Source of the DNA: Azolla caroliniana
Taxonomy: Eukaryota; Plantae; Polypodiophyta
Assembly (NCBI GenBank): GCA_043228905.1
Contig: JBHGNT010000001.1
Span: 8,184,001-8,248,000, forward strand
DNA: 64,000 bases
Direction of reading: 5' to 3'
The notes below the pieces were generated by a model. The model ran no database searches, was not told where the DNA came from, and worked only from the letters and a program-made list of their open reading frames with translations. Position 1 is the stretch's first letter. Each line of letters opens with the position of its first letter. Position numbers and translations under genes: made by a program. Below, one piece after another: positions 1 through 12,085 of the stretch.

Positions 1-862
1 AATATGCAAGTTGTTAAATTGAAATGATGTTTTAATCAAGACAACCTATATTAAGATATATCTAATTATATTATGATGCCATCTATTTTGGTCAAACCCA
101 AATGAATTATGATGCAACCTCATTTAATTATCATAACCTACTTTGATCAAACTATTCGATTATTATTGAACTGAATGAACTCAAACAGGTCAATTATGAT
201 TTAACCTAAGGAGAGTGCCCAGATTAGATTAAATTAATTGATTATAACAAAACCTAATTGGTGCAAGCTAATGAATGTTGCTATTGATGAGATTATTGTG
301 AAAGTTTCTCAAACCAATCAATTTTTGTTTAATTGCATTGTAAGTATTTGATAGCAATTACTAAATATTGAACAGTAATTTTCAAGGATCTATACAAAAA
401 TATTTGGAAAATTCATTTATCTATGTGAATCGGAATATAAAATCTCGAAAATGCTCGAGTCTTATGTGTTTTTGAAATTTGAAGATAGAACATGTAAGGG
501 CATTCCATTCTATTGCCCCCTTGCATATTATCAATTCATGTGAAGTCACAAAACATGAGGTTAGCCACCACTAAAACATGTTTGTGAAACATTACTTGAA
601 GACTTATGACTGAGAATTAGATATTGATGGGAAGTATGTTTAAAGCAAATACATTCCAAAATTAATTGACGCAGTTAACACAACGATCCATCAGAATTTG
701 TTGTATCCGCGACCCCGGAATCGGTGGAGGAGGGAGGGGTATTTTTGGGAATTTAGAGAAGATAGAGAGAGAGTAGGCAGCAGGAGAGGGGTATTTTTCT
801 AGGAGTTTTGAAAAACACATCAATACACAAGAAAAAGATTTGAGAGTTCTGTACAGCAAAAG

Positions 863-1664
863 ATGGGCGAAGAGGGCGAGAAGAAGAAGATCACTCTGTC
901 TCAGTTCCTCCTATGGAAGCAGAAGAAGGTATGTTTCTGTGTTTTTTTGCGCCATCTATTTGCAAATCACTTATCTTTTAATGTTCTTTCCATTTGATTT
1001 ATTGTTTCTTCTTCCTCTTCTTTTATCTGTTATCTATTGTCATTTTTCCATGTATCTTAAGTTTTTTTTTTATGTTCTCCTTTTTATTCAGAATTTTCTG
1101 ATTTGTTCGTTTTTCTTTGTTTCTGATTTATTCCTGAATGCGATGCGTTTTTCCCAATTTGCTCTGTTCTCTATTTTCTGACCTGATTTGTTTCTTTTCA
1201 CCTGTGGGTATTCCCTGTTCTTTTAATTAGGATTTTCTGATATGTCCATTTAGTATAAATTTATTTCTTTTTTAGAGGTCTCTTAATGTGTTTGAAATGT
1301 AAAAACCAATCCTTTATCTGGGGCTATTTCCTGATTTTTTAATTTATTTATTATTCTCTAGGGGGTTTCCTGTTTTTATCTTCTTATGCAGGGTTGGATC
1401 TTTTTGTTCTAGTTCTTTCGTTTGTTTTGTATCCAGGCTTGTTTTTCTTTTTCTGATTGGCTCTTATATTTTTAGTTTTGAAATAAATAAATCTAATGCA
1501 TTATTTTTTCCTGATGAAATCCACAGGATGCAGAAGCAGCTGCAAAATTGGCTGAGATGGCAAGGAAAAGGGAGGAAGATATTGCCGCCGGCCGGGTTCA
1601 AATGAATGGAAGAGAGCTGTATCAACATGAACCTGAGGTTTTTGATGACTCCAAATTCACCTGA
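863..1664 (+). CDS. 67-aa stand-alone ZC3H15/Tma46 C-terminal (DFRP_C)-like small protein; 2 exons 863-928, 1527-1664
   Basis: GT-AG intron (AAG|gtatgt...ccacag|GAT), phase 0. Spliced product MGEEGEKKKITLSQFLLWKQKKDAEAAAKLAEMARKREEDIAAGRVQMNGRELYQHEPEVFDDSKFT*. It resembles the DRG-binding C-terminus of ZC3H15/Tma46 (xTxxxFxxWKxxK...MxGRELF...FxD). Confidence 0.8.
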
Positions 1665-1913
1665 TTCATCATGTACTGTACTTGTTTCCCTCTTTCATCT
1701 CGTTCATCATCACTATTATTATTACATTTGTCTCAATTGGATTCAATCTTTTATATTTTTTGTTGTGGGGATCTGAATCCCAATAGCCGTGATATCTTCC
1801 ATATAGCTTAGGAAAAATTGGAAGGTTCATGCATCGACTGTTTTGTTGTATGATAATGTGTTATGTATGTAAGTTAAACTGAGAGTCATTGCCAAATTTA
1901 GAATTTTCAGAGC

Positions 1914-2130
1914 CGTAATCCTCAGATTTTTGTTTCATAGAATATCTCAAAGAAAATGATATATTTCCTACAATTTCCAGTTAGTTCATTATGTAATCCC
2001 CAAATTTTTGTTTCATAGAACATCTCAAGAAAATGACATCCTCTACAAATATCAATTGATTCATGATTTTAATATACAACCGACTGTAATCCCCAAAGTT
2101 TGATTTCATAGAACACCTCACTGAAAATGT
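1914..2130. repeat. Three degenerate ~80-90 bp direct repeats downstream of the small gene
   Basis: Motif gtaatccc-caaa(t)ttttg(t)ttcatagaa(c/t)a(t/c)ctca--gaaaatg recurs near 1915, 1993 and 2086. Confidence 0.6.
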
Positions 2131-2839
2131 ACGCCCCAGCATTTTGTTCCATGACATCCACTATGCAACCAAGTGATGGTGAATGGGATGCTTGTGAATC
2201 ATTCTGCGTCATTTACACAAATATGTTTTCCTGAAAACACGTTTTGGTCATTGTGATTCATGCCCATGTATACTGTTACTGGTATATCATTTTTTATTGG
2301 TATGTAAGAGACAGCATATGTGTTTTAAGTGTACCAACTATGATGTTGACTTGCTACAAGCGTAAGTAAGGAGTTCAGACTGGCGGCTTGAGACATTTGC
2401 TGGTTGCAAATTGAAGTGTCAATACTTATTCTTCCTTCAACAAGTGGGTGCAACTGCTTGTTCAAGACCAAGTTCATGATTGAACAAGCTGGTCAACGAT
2501 CTGGTCTTGCTGTAAAAGTTTTATGCAAGTCAAGTCTGGGGCATGAAAAATGTCCCTTAGTGTGCCATCAATAGTGAACTTGGTCTTAAAGATCGTTGAC
2601 CTTCGTCCTAGAATATATACAGTATACTGTGGAGACAATAATAGTTCCGTTAAACTCAACTGTACCTTCTGTTGGATTTTTTGCCAAGGCTTTATCATCT
2701 CCTATGTTGTTAGACTATCACTGAAATTTCCTTGGATTCTGCTCTTCCAGATTCCATAGATATTTTTCACCTCCTGGTTGTCTTTCCGTTTGCACTTGTA
2801 AAAACTTGTCTTTCATCACCTTTCACCTCACTTCTATTG

Positions 2840-3310
2840 GAACCATCATCATGAACTTTGACCACTGGATTCCTCCCATTAGAGACTTGATATAGTTGCA
2901 ATTTCCTGCCTTCCCTTCCTCACGGGGGACTTGTAAATTGACTGGTTGGCTGGTTCTTGGCAAAGAGATTCTGGATTCTGTGATACTTCTTTTGACAAAA
3001 CTGTCAAATTAACCACTAACTTTCCTTCATAGAAAGTGGAGCATCTTCCAAGTTCTTACTTACTTTTGGCCTTCTGGTTGCCTCTCCATTTGCTCGTGTA
3101 CAAACCCGTTGTCCATTATCTGTCACCTCACCATCATTGAGAACATCATCGTGAACTTTGACTCCTGCATTTCTCTTATCCAAGTTCTGACATAGCTGCA
3201 ATATCCTGGCTTGCCTTTCTTACAAAGCATTCATATGTAGTCTTTCTGCAGTGATTCTTGCTGAAAAGACACTGGATTCAATTACTTGGCAAAACCACCG
3301 AAACAACCAC
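2840..3310. repeat. Diverged direct duplication (period ~300 bp) in decayed coding-like sequence
   Basis: 2841 aaccatcatcatgaactttgacc...atagttgcaatttcctgccttccc aligns with 3141 gaacatcatcgtgaactttgact...atagctgcaatatcctggcttgcc. The minus-strand translations are similar but contain stops. Confidence 0.5.
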
Positions 3311-4086
3311 ACCCTGAATATTTTTACATTATCCTTACTATGGATTTACTATTGGTGAAAACTACAATGTAGTTTTGAGCTCAAATGGATAACTTTGTTT
3401 GTAATCAATCTTATTGTTTTGGTTTAGTAGTAAAAGTTGTAATATTTCGTAAGGAAAAAAAGGCTTAAAACTTAAAAAGTAATGCTTCTTTGTCTTGAAG
3501 GGTAACATTTTAACATATCTCCCTAATATCCCCATGCGTTTCTATTAACTTGAATGGAATTGTGTGAAAGGATATCAGAAATATGGAAAAAGATAGAAAT
3601 TGTAAGGAATTCTGAAAATTTTAAATATGTGCCTTTCACTTTTTTTTATCCCACCAAAATATGAATGCAATTTGATTAGGATGGTCCACATTTTTAGTTT
3701 CATCCTTATATAATCACCACCATATCTTACTTTGGTTTGAAGTTGTATCTTGCAGGGATTGAAGGGAGTATATGATGTGGAATTGAGAAGACTAAAGCTA
3801 TGCGCGTTTGAAATGCCCAATATCCAGTATGTTAGTGCATTGTCAACACTTGAGGAACTGGCAAAAGAACCTTATACATATTGAATGTGTCAAATGCACT
3901 CCGTATCAATTGAATGTTAAGTGTGAACCTTGAGTAATCTGAGAGGAAAACAATATCAGGGTTAATCCTCAATAACACATGTCTCATACATATAGTTTTG
4001 CTTTTGATAGATATCATCGAGTTTATATTGTTATTAACTTGATGTCAAGTGGTCCAAGGAAACTTGAAAGTGTAAGTAATATATCT

Positions 4087-4290
4087 ATGTTATTTGCATG
4101 CATGGGACAAGTCTTTGAAGTTGTCTGCAAATTGTCAGTGGTGTGAGAGGCATTAAATACCTTATGTGAGGCACAATGAGCTTTAATACATCAATGTTAT
4201 TTGCATGCATGGGATAAGCCTTTGAAGTTGTTTGCAAAATGCCAGTGGTGTGAGAGGCATCAAATACCTTACATGCGGCACAATGAGCAT
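4087..4290. repeat. ~107-bp tandem duplication
   Basis: atgttatttgcatgcatggga(c/t)aag(t/c)ctttgaagttgt...gtggtgtgagaggcat...gcacaatgagc occurs twice. Confidence 0.75.
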
Positions 4291-5820
4291 TCTTTGCAAT
4301 GAGCTTTCCAAAGAATTGAGTGTTTTGAGACAGTTCATCACTTAGTGAAGTCGTGCATTCCTTCTATATGTTCAAATATGATATTGAGTTACATACACAA
4401 ATTGAAAGTCCTAATATTATCACGGTTTACAACTGCAAATATCATAGGTACTTTGTCATTGCTTGGTAAGGGTATATATACTATTGTGATCCATAACATC
4501 AAGTGTATTCCAGTTTTTGTTTCTTCACTTTATGATCAAGGCACTCTTGGTTGTCCATCGGTCATCTACCCTATCAACCAGTGCAAGTGATTCATGGTTG
4601 AGGATGTTGCATCAAATTAATTTCATTACCAAAGTAATTAGTGGGAGACGAGTAGACAATAGATGTGTTCCTCTATTCCCCTTATAGTTTGAAAGTTATT
4701 TAAGATGTTAAATAATATGAAAAAATTTAATATGGCTGCTTTCCCTTTTATTATATCAATGATCCCTAGCTCCATTTAGAGCATGGTTGTCTAGATTCTC
4801 CATGAATTGATGAAGTAGTTGTGGCCTATTTGAGTCCAATAGCCAATATTTTAGCTTCAAAGGTGCAAGATATAACTAAATAAGAACTACTGAAAAAGGT
4901 GTGTCACAACTTTTCTATTATGATGAAACACACAATAATCATATTATCAAACAAGTACAATGGTTGCAAAGTACAATGTGAAAGTGCTGTAAATTTCATA
5001 TGTAGCTAAACCTTATTTTGTGTAGCATTATTGGATTAAAGTCTAGGCGAAGGCTTTATTGGTATGATCATGGTATAAAGCTAGTCATTTTCTCATAGAA
5101 GTTGATAAGTGACAATATATTGTCCAAAACCCAAAGGGTTATATTTTTATAAAGCAATCCTAACTACAATAGTTGGAGATTTCAAATGTTGAACATAAAT
5201 ATGCTTGTTTGAGAAATACCATTACGTGGCAAATTGATAGGATGCATAACAACAATCCATTAACATGATCAAACCACATGAATGCTTTAGCAACCATCAA
5301 GGCCATGGATGCAATATAGTTTCTCTTTTAACAACATCAGTTGCACAATGTTTTTGTTTATTATCACATTTCTCTTACCTATGGATGCATGGATTTCGTG
5401 CAAGTCTATAATACTCATTATCTTTGGGCAAAAGACAAACACACCCTAACTTTTTCGACAATGATGAGATGAGAACATCTTGACGTGTCCAAATAACACA
5501 GATTTCGTGTAGGCCTTGTATTCTATTAAGAGTAAGACACCGACCTAACATTTCCGATGACGACAAGAACACTCCTAGCTAGTGCAAAACTTATGAGAGT
5601 ATTTGGGTTATTGTAGTAGTAGATGGTGTGTGATGGAAGTATGCATGATAGATAATGTTATGTTGTAAATACTTAAACAATTCAGGGCTATTTTTAGTAG
5701 TGTTCCCAATCAAATGATATTTTTCCCAAGGAATGGGAACCATGGACCCACTTTTACATAGGCTGTGGTTTGAGGGGAACCCTAACAGATTGATTTTTTG
5801 AACAAAGAAGGAGAGGGATC

Positions 5821-6038
5821 ATGCTTCTGCGTCAGACTCACCATCCATTCTTTCCTTCTGCTACAAATGGGCTCTTCCATGGCCATATTCACAAGAATCT
5901 ATGCTTCATCACAACAACAACAAGAGTAAGAAGAAGGATAAGAAGAAGAATAGAAGATCACCCAACAGTGTTTTCTCTTAAACCCAATGGAAGGTACTTC
6001 CTTATCCAAAATGGCTTTTTTCCTATATCTCTCTCTAT

Positions 6039-6069
<31 letters not shown>

Positions 6070-9000
6070 GTATGCCATTCTTGTTCTTCGTGGATATTTA
6101 GATTATATTACTGCAATGAGGAGCGTTGCACTGGGTTTCATCACACGTCTATTTATGCAATTTTTGCTCTCTCGGAACATGGATGATATGGTAATCCTTT
6201 CCACGTTTTATTATAATGATGGTTTGTGACGAGAAATTCCTCCAGAACGACCAAGAGAAATGAGAGAAATGAACAGATGAATTGAATTCGAGATGGAACA
6301 TATCAATAAATGATAGAAATCGATACATGGGAGAGGAAGAGAGACGAAGGAATAAATCCAATAAATGATTGAAATGGTGACATGGATAGTCAAAAGAAAG
6401 GAACCAATATTCCTATTGTTCACTAAGAAAATAATGACACTACCAATTCTTGCATAGATCTCTGTCTGGATAAGCTGAGTATCCTCCAAGTACAATGATG
6501 CCACATGTGTAGCAAAAAGCCAAGTATCTGTGAACGTTTACAGTGTCCCAGATGGAGAGCTCTATCAAGGAGTAACCACCTGGGTCGAGACAAATGGCTT
6601 CCTCATCTGTGGCAATGCATATATATCTTTGAACATTTAGAGCATCCGATATGGAGAGCTCTATCAAGGAGTAATCACCTAGGTCGAGACAAATGGCCTA
6701 CTATCACCAGACATCCTTGATTTGTGCTTGTGAATGATGCATCTATGCATCCACAGCCTGCCTCTCAGAAGAGTCTTTTTATGGCTACAAGCCACATATC
6801 TCTTCATTTAGGTCGTTGCTATGCACTATACATAAGCTTCTGTGATAGTTTCCTTCGTTTAAATAGATTCATGGTGTACTATAGGGATATACTTGTGCTA
6901 TCAATCAACCTTCACAATGAGTTTTTTTCTGAAATCATGCTTGCAACCTCAATAGAAAGAGGGAAAACGATGCCTTCATTGTATATATATCTTTGCTAAA
7001 TGATAGTTTTCTTTCATTTTATACATCATTACATTGTTGTTTTACTTGTTGGGTGATGGTTTCCATCATTTACTGATTCAGTGCTTGGTATTTTTACTTA
7101 TGCTGTGTACTAACATCTATACTTTCTTTTTGGTCGAGTGTTTGAAAGCGTTCTTACAGCCAAGAGAGTTTGAGTGGAAGAGAGAATCTTGTATATATCA
7201 TTGTTATGCTATAGACCTGTCTTCCTTGATTGCTTCCTTCCTTATTGTATATATTATTATTATGTAATAAATATAATTTTTATGATAGTTTCTTTGATTC
7301 TCTGCCTTGTTGCTACAATATAGACTTTTATTTCCCTTCTTATCAATGATATGCCAAGGCGATATGTATCTAGGGATTCAACTTGCACATGATAATAAAC
7401 GATAATGGTTCTATTCAACTTGCAACTATAGATCTGTTTCTATAATGGTTCTCTTCGTTTTATGTTTTGTATCTATTCAGCATACCTGTGCTGAATAAAG
7501 GTTACCTTCATTGTACATCTCATCATTGCCACAGCCTAGTGTTGTGTAATGGTTTTCTTCAGTGAAAATATCACTGCGATTCCATAGGACTGTATGCTAT
7601 AATGTTCACCTCGATGATGGCTTTCTTGTGTAAAGTTTTCTTACAACTCTCAGCTTATGTCATTTGTAAACATAGTCTTTTTCTTTGAAATAGAATCCTT
7701 CCTTCTGAGGAATTCTGTATTATTGAGGGACCTGAAACTGTGATGGACTTTGCCTTTCTACAACTACAAGAGATTCAAGATAACATAAAAAGCCGTAGAA
7801 ATGCCATTTTTCTTCTACTTGAGGAGGCAAGTATATGCCACTGTTGAGTCAGTTTCCTTTTTCCTTTTTCCTTTTTTCCCTGTTGATGGCATTATCAGAA
7901 CTTAGCCTTTTTATAACATTAGAAAAAATTGTCATAAAGGTTCGGAGGCTTCGAATTCAACTGAAGCTCAAATCCATGGAAGAACAATCAGTTGGAATGG
8001 AAGAAGAGGAGCCAGAGTATAAGTCATTTATACCGTTTTTACCTCTTATGGTGAGAGCATAAAGCCTAGAAAGCTGAAAATCCTCGTAACATTTCTTACT
8101 ATGAGAGATTTTCTTATGTTGCATTGAGTGATGTAACAACTCACCATGTATACATACACTAATTATGTTGATGTTATCATAGACCCCGGCCACGTTGAGA
8201 CAATACTATGCTACATGCTTAATGCTCATGATTGCAATTATCCTGTTTGGTGGGCTTATTGCTCCCCTGGTAAGATGTTATCACTTTTTATTTTTATTTT
8301 GTTCATGCTTTTAAAATGATGGCGATGTATGATTATATGTATTGTTTATATTGTTTATGTGCAGCTAGAACTAAAACTTGGGATTGGAGGAACCTCTTAT
8401 AGGGATTTCATTATCAATGTTCATCTCCCACTGCAGTTGAGGTGATGTTTTGTGTTTAGGCTTTCATTGTGTTCTTAAAAAAAGAAAAAGTTTTTTCAAG
8501 AGATTTCTGGAAATAGTATTGCTGTGGTCAATGCAGCCAGGTGGATCCTATTGTTGCCTCCTTTTCTGGTGGTGCAGTCGGAGTCATATCTTCCTTTATG
8601 ATCATAGAAATCAATAATGTAAAACAACAAGAGAAGATGAGATGCCGATATTGTAATGGAACTGGTAGGAAAGTTTTATTATCCTTGTTGTTCATGATGA
8701 TCCAGATTTTATTATTCTTGTTATTCATAGAGATCTAGAATTTCTGCTTTTTGTTCATGGTGATCTAGAATTTGTGTCCAAAACATGCAATCATTGAAAG
8801 TCATATACACACACATATCAATGTGAGAAATCTAGGATAAGGCATAACTCTCCAATAAGTCAACTGAGCACTTTGACATGCATGTCGTTGTGCAAAAGCC
8901 ATAACTATTTTGTTATGAGTATCTTGTTACAATGTCAATAGTTGTCAGCTCATTCTTTGCTTGTCCAGACTACCATTTTGCAAGAGACCTACTCTTAAAC

Positions 9001-10136
9001 CCTAAACCCGAAATTCCGAGCTTGTCATTATCATGTTGTTTGTCATTACAGAGAACATATTATGCTATCTGGAGGGTATTAGGAATGATGATGATCAGTG
9101 CACTGTTATCATTTATTATCATTATGATAAAAGGCATGTAATGCTGCATCGATGGCATTTTTAATGATAATGACTGATGCTCCATTCTCATTGTCATGTT
9201 TTTGTACCATCATATTAGAATTAAAGTTTTCTTCTCTCGTAGGCTATCTAGCATGTGCCCGTTGTTCAGCAACCGGTTTTCAAGTGTCTAACATTGTTAA
9301 TGGAAAGGGTCTTGAATCCGAAAGGTGCTCTATTTGCTCGGGAACAGCGAAGGTAAATTTCTCAACAGAATTGTTTGTGAATTCATGTATTATCTTTTGT
9401 TAATTTGCATTGTGATCAACAAAATTTTTCATTAAATCATTTATTATCTTTTGTGAGCGGAATTTCATTTAACAAGACCTTTCGTGAGTTCATTTATAAT
9501 TAGAGATCTTGCATTGTATTCAACAAATAATTAGAATTCAATAACTTTGTTTGAATTCATCAATGATGTTCAATTCAATTCAACAAAAGTTTTTGTAGAT
9601 GAATAAGTTTTTATGAATTCGTGTATGTGATCTTAGTGAGCTTGCATCGTATTCAACAAAACTTTGTTGTAGATGATTATCTTCTTTCAAATTCATTTAT
9701 TATCTCTCACCTTAAGGATCTTGCATTTACAATTCAAGGAAAGCTTTTGTGAATTCATCTATGACCATAGTGAATTTGTATTGCATTCAAGAAAACTTTT
9801 TTCAATTCATCTATAAACTATTACACTTGATGAAACTATTTGTGAATTCATTTATGATGTTTGTGAACTTGCATTGCATTCAAGAAACTGTGAATTCATG
9901 TTGATTACCGCATTTTGTTTTTCTTTTCACTGAATGGGAATGGTGGCGGGAGTTGAAATCCCGGCCTATGGCTTAGAGGTTAAGGGCCCAAACAAAGTAG
10001 CAAATCTGGGAAGGAAACTTCAAATAAGAAGGAAAATGGTCTTTGAAAATGTGTGCAGGTGATGTGCCCAACTTGTTTTTGTACGGGAATGACCATGGCA
10101 AATGAGAGCAACCCTCGATTCGATCCATTTGATTGA
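5821..10136 (+). CDS. OR: ORANGE-family DnaJ-type zinc-finger plastid chaperone, ~298 aa; exons 5821-5993, 7694-7826, 7940-8050, 8183-8269, 8365-8441, 8537-8664, 9243-9352, 10059-10136
   Basis: Signature blocks FCIIEGPETV, EIQDNIKSRRN..EEVRRLRIQ, LELKLGIGGTSY, SQVDPIVASFSGGAVGVIS, CxxCxGxG-type zinc-finger repeats and a DPFD* end. All exon phases join (897 nt). Exon 1 looks like a transit peptide and is less certain. Confidence 0.93.
6551..6700. repeat. ~100-bp-period direct repeat in OR intron 1
   Basis: atggagagctctatcaaggagtaa(c/t)cacct(g/a)ggtcgagacaaatggc at ~6552 and ~6651. Confidence 0.75.
9365..9900. repeat. Degenerate ~55-60 bp minisatellite in the last OR intron
   Basis: Repeated gtgaattcat(t/c)tat...ttgcatt(g)(c/t)attcaa(c/g)aaaa motifs. 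Confidence 0.55.
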
Positions 10137-10291
10137 CAATGTCATATGACAAACATAAATTATAATTATTTGATTGGGATCATTGTGTATTTATCCTTCC
10201 AAAATTTATTTCATGTGTTTGATTCTATAATGAATTCATTAAAACACCTCTAGACATACATGTTACAAATAAAGATTTTATTGATGGTTTT

Positions 10292-10722
10292 TGTGAAGAA
10301 TTAGGCAATTAAGCAAGGGTTAATTAGTACCTAATTATGTGATTAAGTTAAGCGGAAGATTAAGTGATATGTGTGTGTATATGTGTGAGAGGAAGAGATT
10401 GAGGAAGTTAACACTTATGAACAATGAGATAAGATGGGAGATGATTAACTATATTAAAAAGCATAATCAAATACAACAATACCCATAATGAGGTATATAT
10501 ACATCTCAAAGGTGCACATGTGTGAGTAGAATATAGGTACAAACCATGTAAGTCCTATATTAAATGAACATAGGAGTGGAGGATCTACAATGTATCTCAC
10601 TTAAGTACAAAATCTTATTTAAGGCTTTAAGGTCAACACACTAACTAGATTTTATATAGGAAACTATTAAGTTACGTGTGTTGACTAACTAATTAAACTA
10701 TGTTGAGCTTGATATCTCAACA
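10292..10722 (-). mobile_element. Solo LTR of the same Copia family as the element at 47529-51437
   Basis: TG...CA ends; collinear with the LTRs at 47529-47969 and 51004-51437 (aattagtacctaattatgtgattaagttaag ... gttgagcttgatatctcaaca). Flanks gtttt/atttt match 4/5, as expected for an aged TSD. No PBS or PPT is adjacent. Confidence 0.88.
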
Positions 10723-11436
10723 ATTTTCACCATAATGGAAGCCTTACAATGTTTTGTAGGTGTGTTACGGTGATATAAAATGTTTTTTCAAGTTGGTGAG
10801 GCCTAGTAATGTTTACAAGTTGTCATTGAGATTGATTTTGGTGAGTAAAATAACATGAACTTGAGATTGTTTTTTGGTTGTATTTCATAATTTGTGTATA
10901 GTGTATATTGTGTTCAATTCATATTCCATGTGAGAAACTTAAGAGTAACATAACAACAATTGAGAAGAATTGAGACAACCAATTAGAAGAATAAAAAAAG
11001 CAATAAAAGAGGGTATAGAGATGCCCTTTGATATCACACGATTGTAGCCAACATTTAATGAGTGCCATAATGAGAATCAAAGGTGTATGCAAGTTTTCTT
11101 GTCCTTAGTGAACTCTTATGTATTTCACTTTTATTGTTTACTAATACTAGTTGATGAATCAAATCCAAGAAAGCATGGGTATTAGAGGGCAATCTATGGC
11201 TTATGGAGTACTTTGTGTATTCTTGTGCATCGTGTGTGTGTGTATACAAAGACAATTCGGACCCTTTAGCATTCTTCAATGCCATATAAAGATTTTCCTA
11301 GAGTGGCTTCAAACTTTAATTTGGTGTCTTGGACCATCTCAAGCATTTAGCCAATGTTGTTTAGAAAAATTTACACGACAACTATTGGTTTATGATTTGA
11401 AAAGAAATATGTGTATATGCAAGCAATTACATAGTT

Positions 11437-11572
11437 AAAGCTTTAATTCACTCATTCTTGCTGTATTTCACTAATAAGTGGATTGTTTCTTTTGTGAGTC
11501 TCATAGTAAAAGCTTTGGTTCACTCCATTCTTGTTGTCTTCACTAATAAGTGCATTGTTTCTTTTGTGAGTT
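11437..11572. repeat. ~70-bp tandem duplication
   Basis: aaagcttt..ttcactc(c)attcttg(c/t)tgt..ttcactaataagtg(g/c)attgtttcttttgtgagt occurs twice. Confidence 0.7.
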
Positions 11573-11924
11573 TGCATCAAAGGCTTCTTACATAAACCTC
11601 AAAAGGTTTAAGTACCAAAGACAAGAATAAATGATTGATATTCCATGTCCAATTCATGGCTTTGATGTGTAGGCAATTTGAACTTGGGAAGTTCTTTACT
11701 ATGGCAATTTGACAAAAACACTCAAGAACAAGTAAAAACTCATGAGACTTCAACAAAGCTTCGTTTTTGCCTACCAACAATTTTTTACTCATTAAATTTT
11801 GTTTCTCTTATTCTCAATTTGTACTTCTCTTATATTTTTGTTCTCTTGTTTAATCTTCTTATGTTTATAATTAATCCTTTTTTAGCTACTTGAATTGCGA
11901 TTGGCCGCCTCTTAATTTTGAAAT

Positions 11925-12085
11925 TGCGTTATTCAAAATTTCCACTCACTTTCAGTTAACTATATTTTAAATTGCTTTGATATGGCGCTTTATTTGTCTT
12001 TGCGTTATTCAATTCATTTAGTCAAATTTTCCTCTCACTTTCAGTTTAACTATATTTTAAATTGCTTTGATATGGCTCTTTATTT
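11925..12085. repeat. ~90-bp-period tandem duplication
   Basis: ctcactttcagtt(t)aactatattttaaattgctttgatatggc(g/t)ctttattt occurs twice. Confidence 0.7.

Noticed and set aside
840-1181. 113-aa ORF-track protein
   Set aside because: It is an off-frame read through exon 1 into a T-rich intron of the real small gene.
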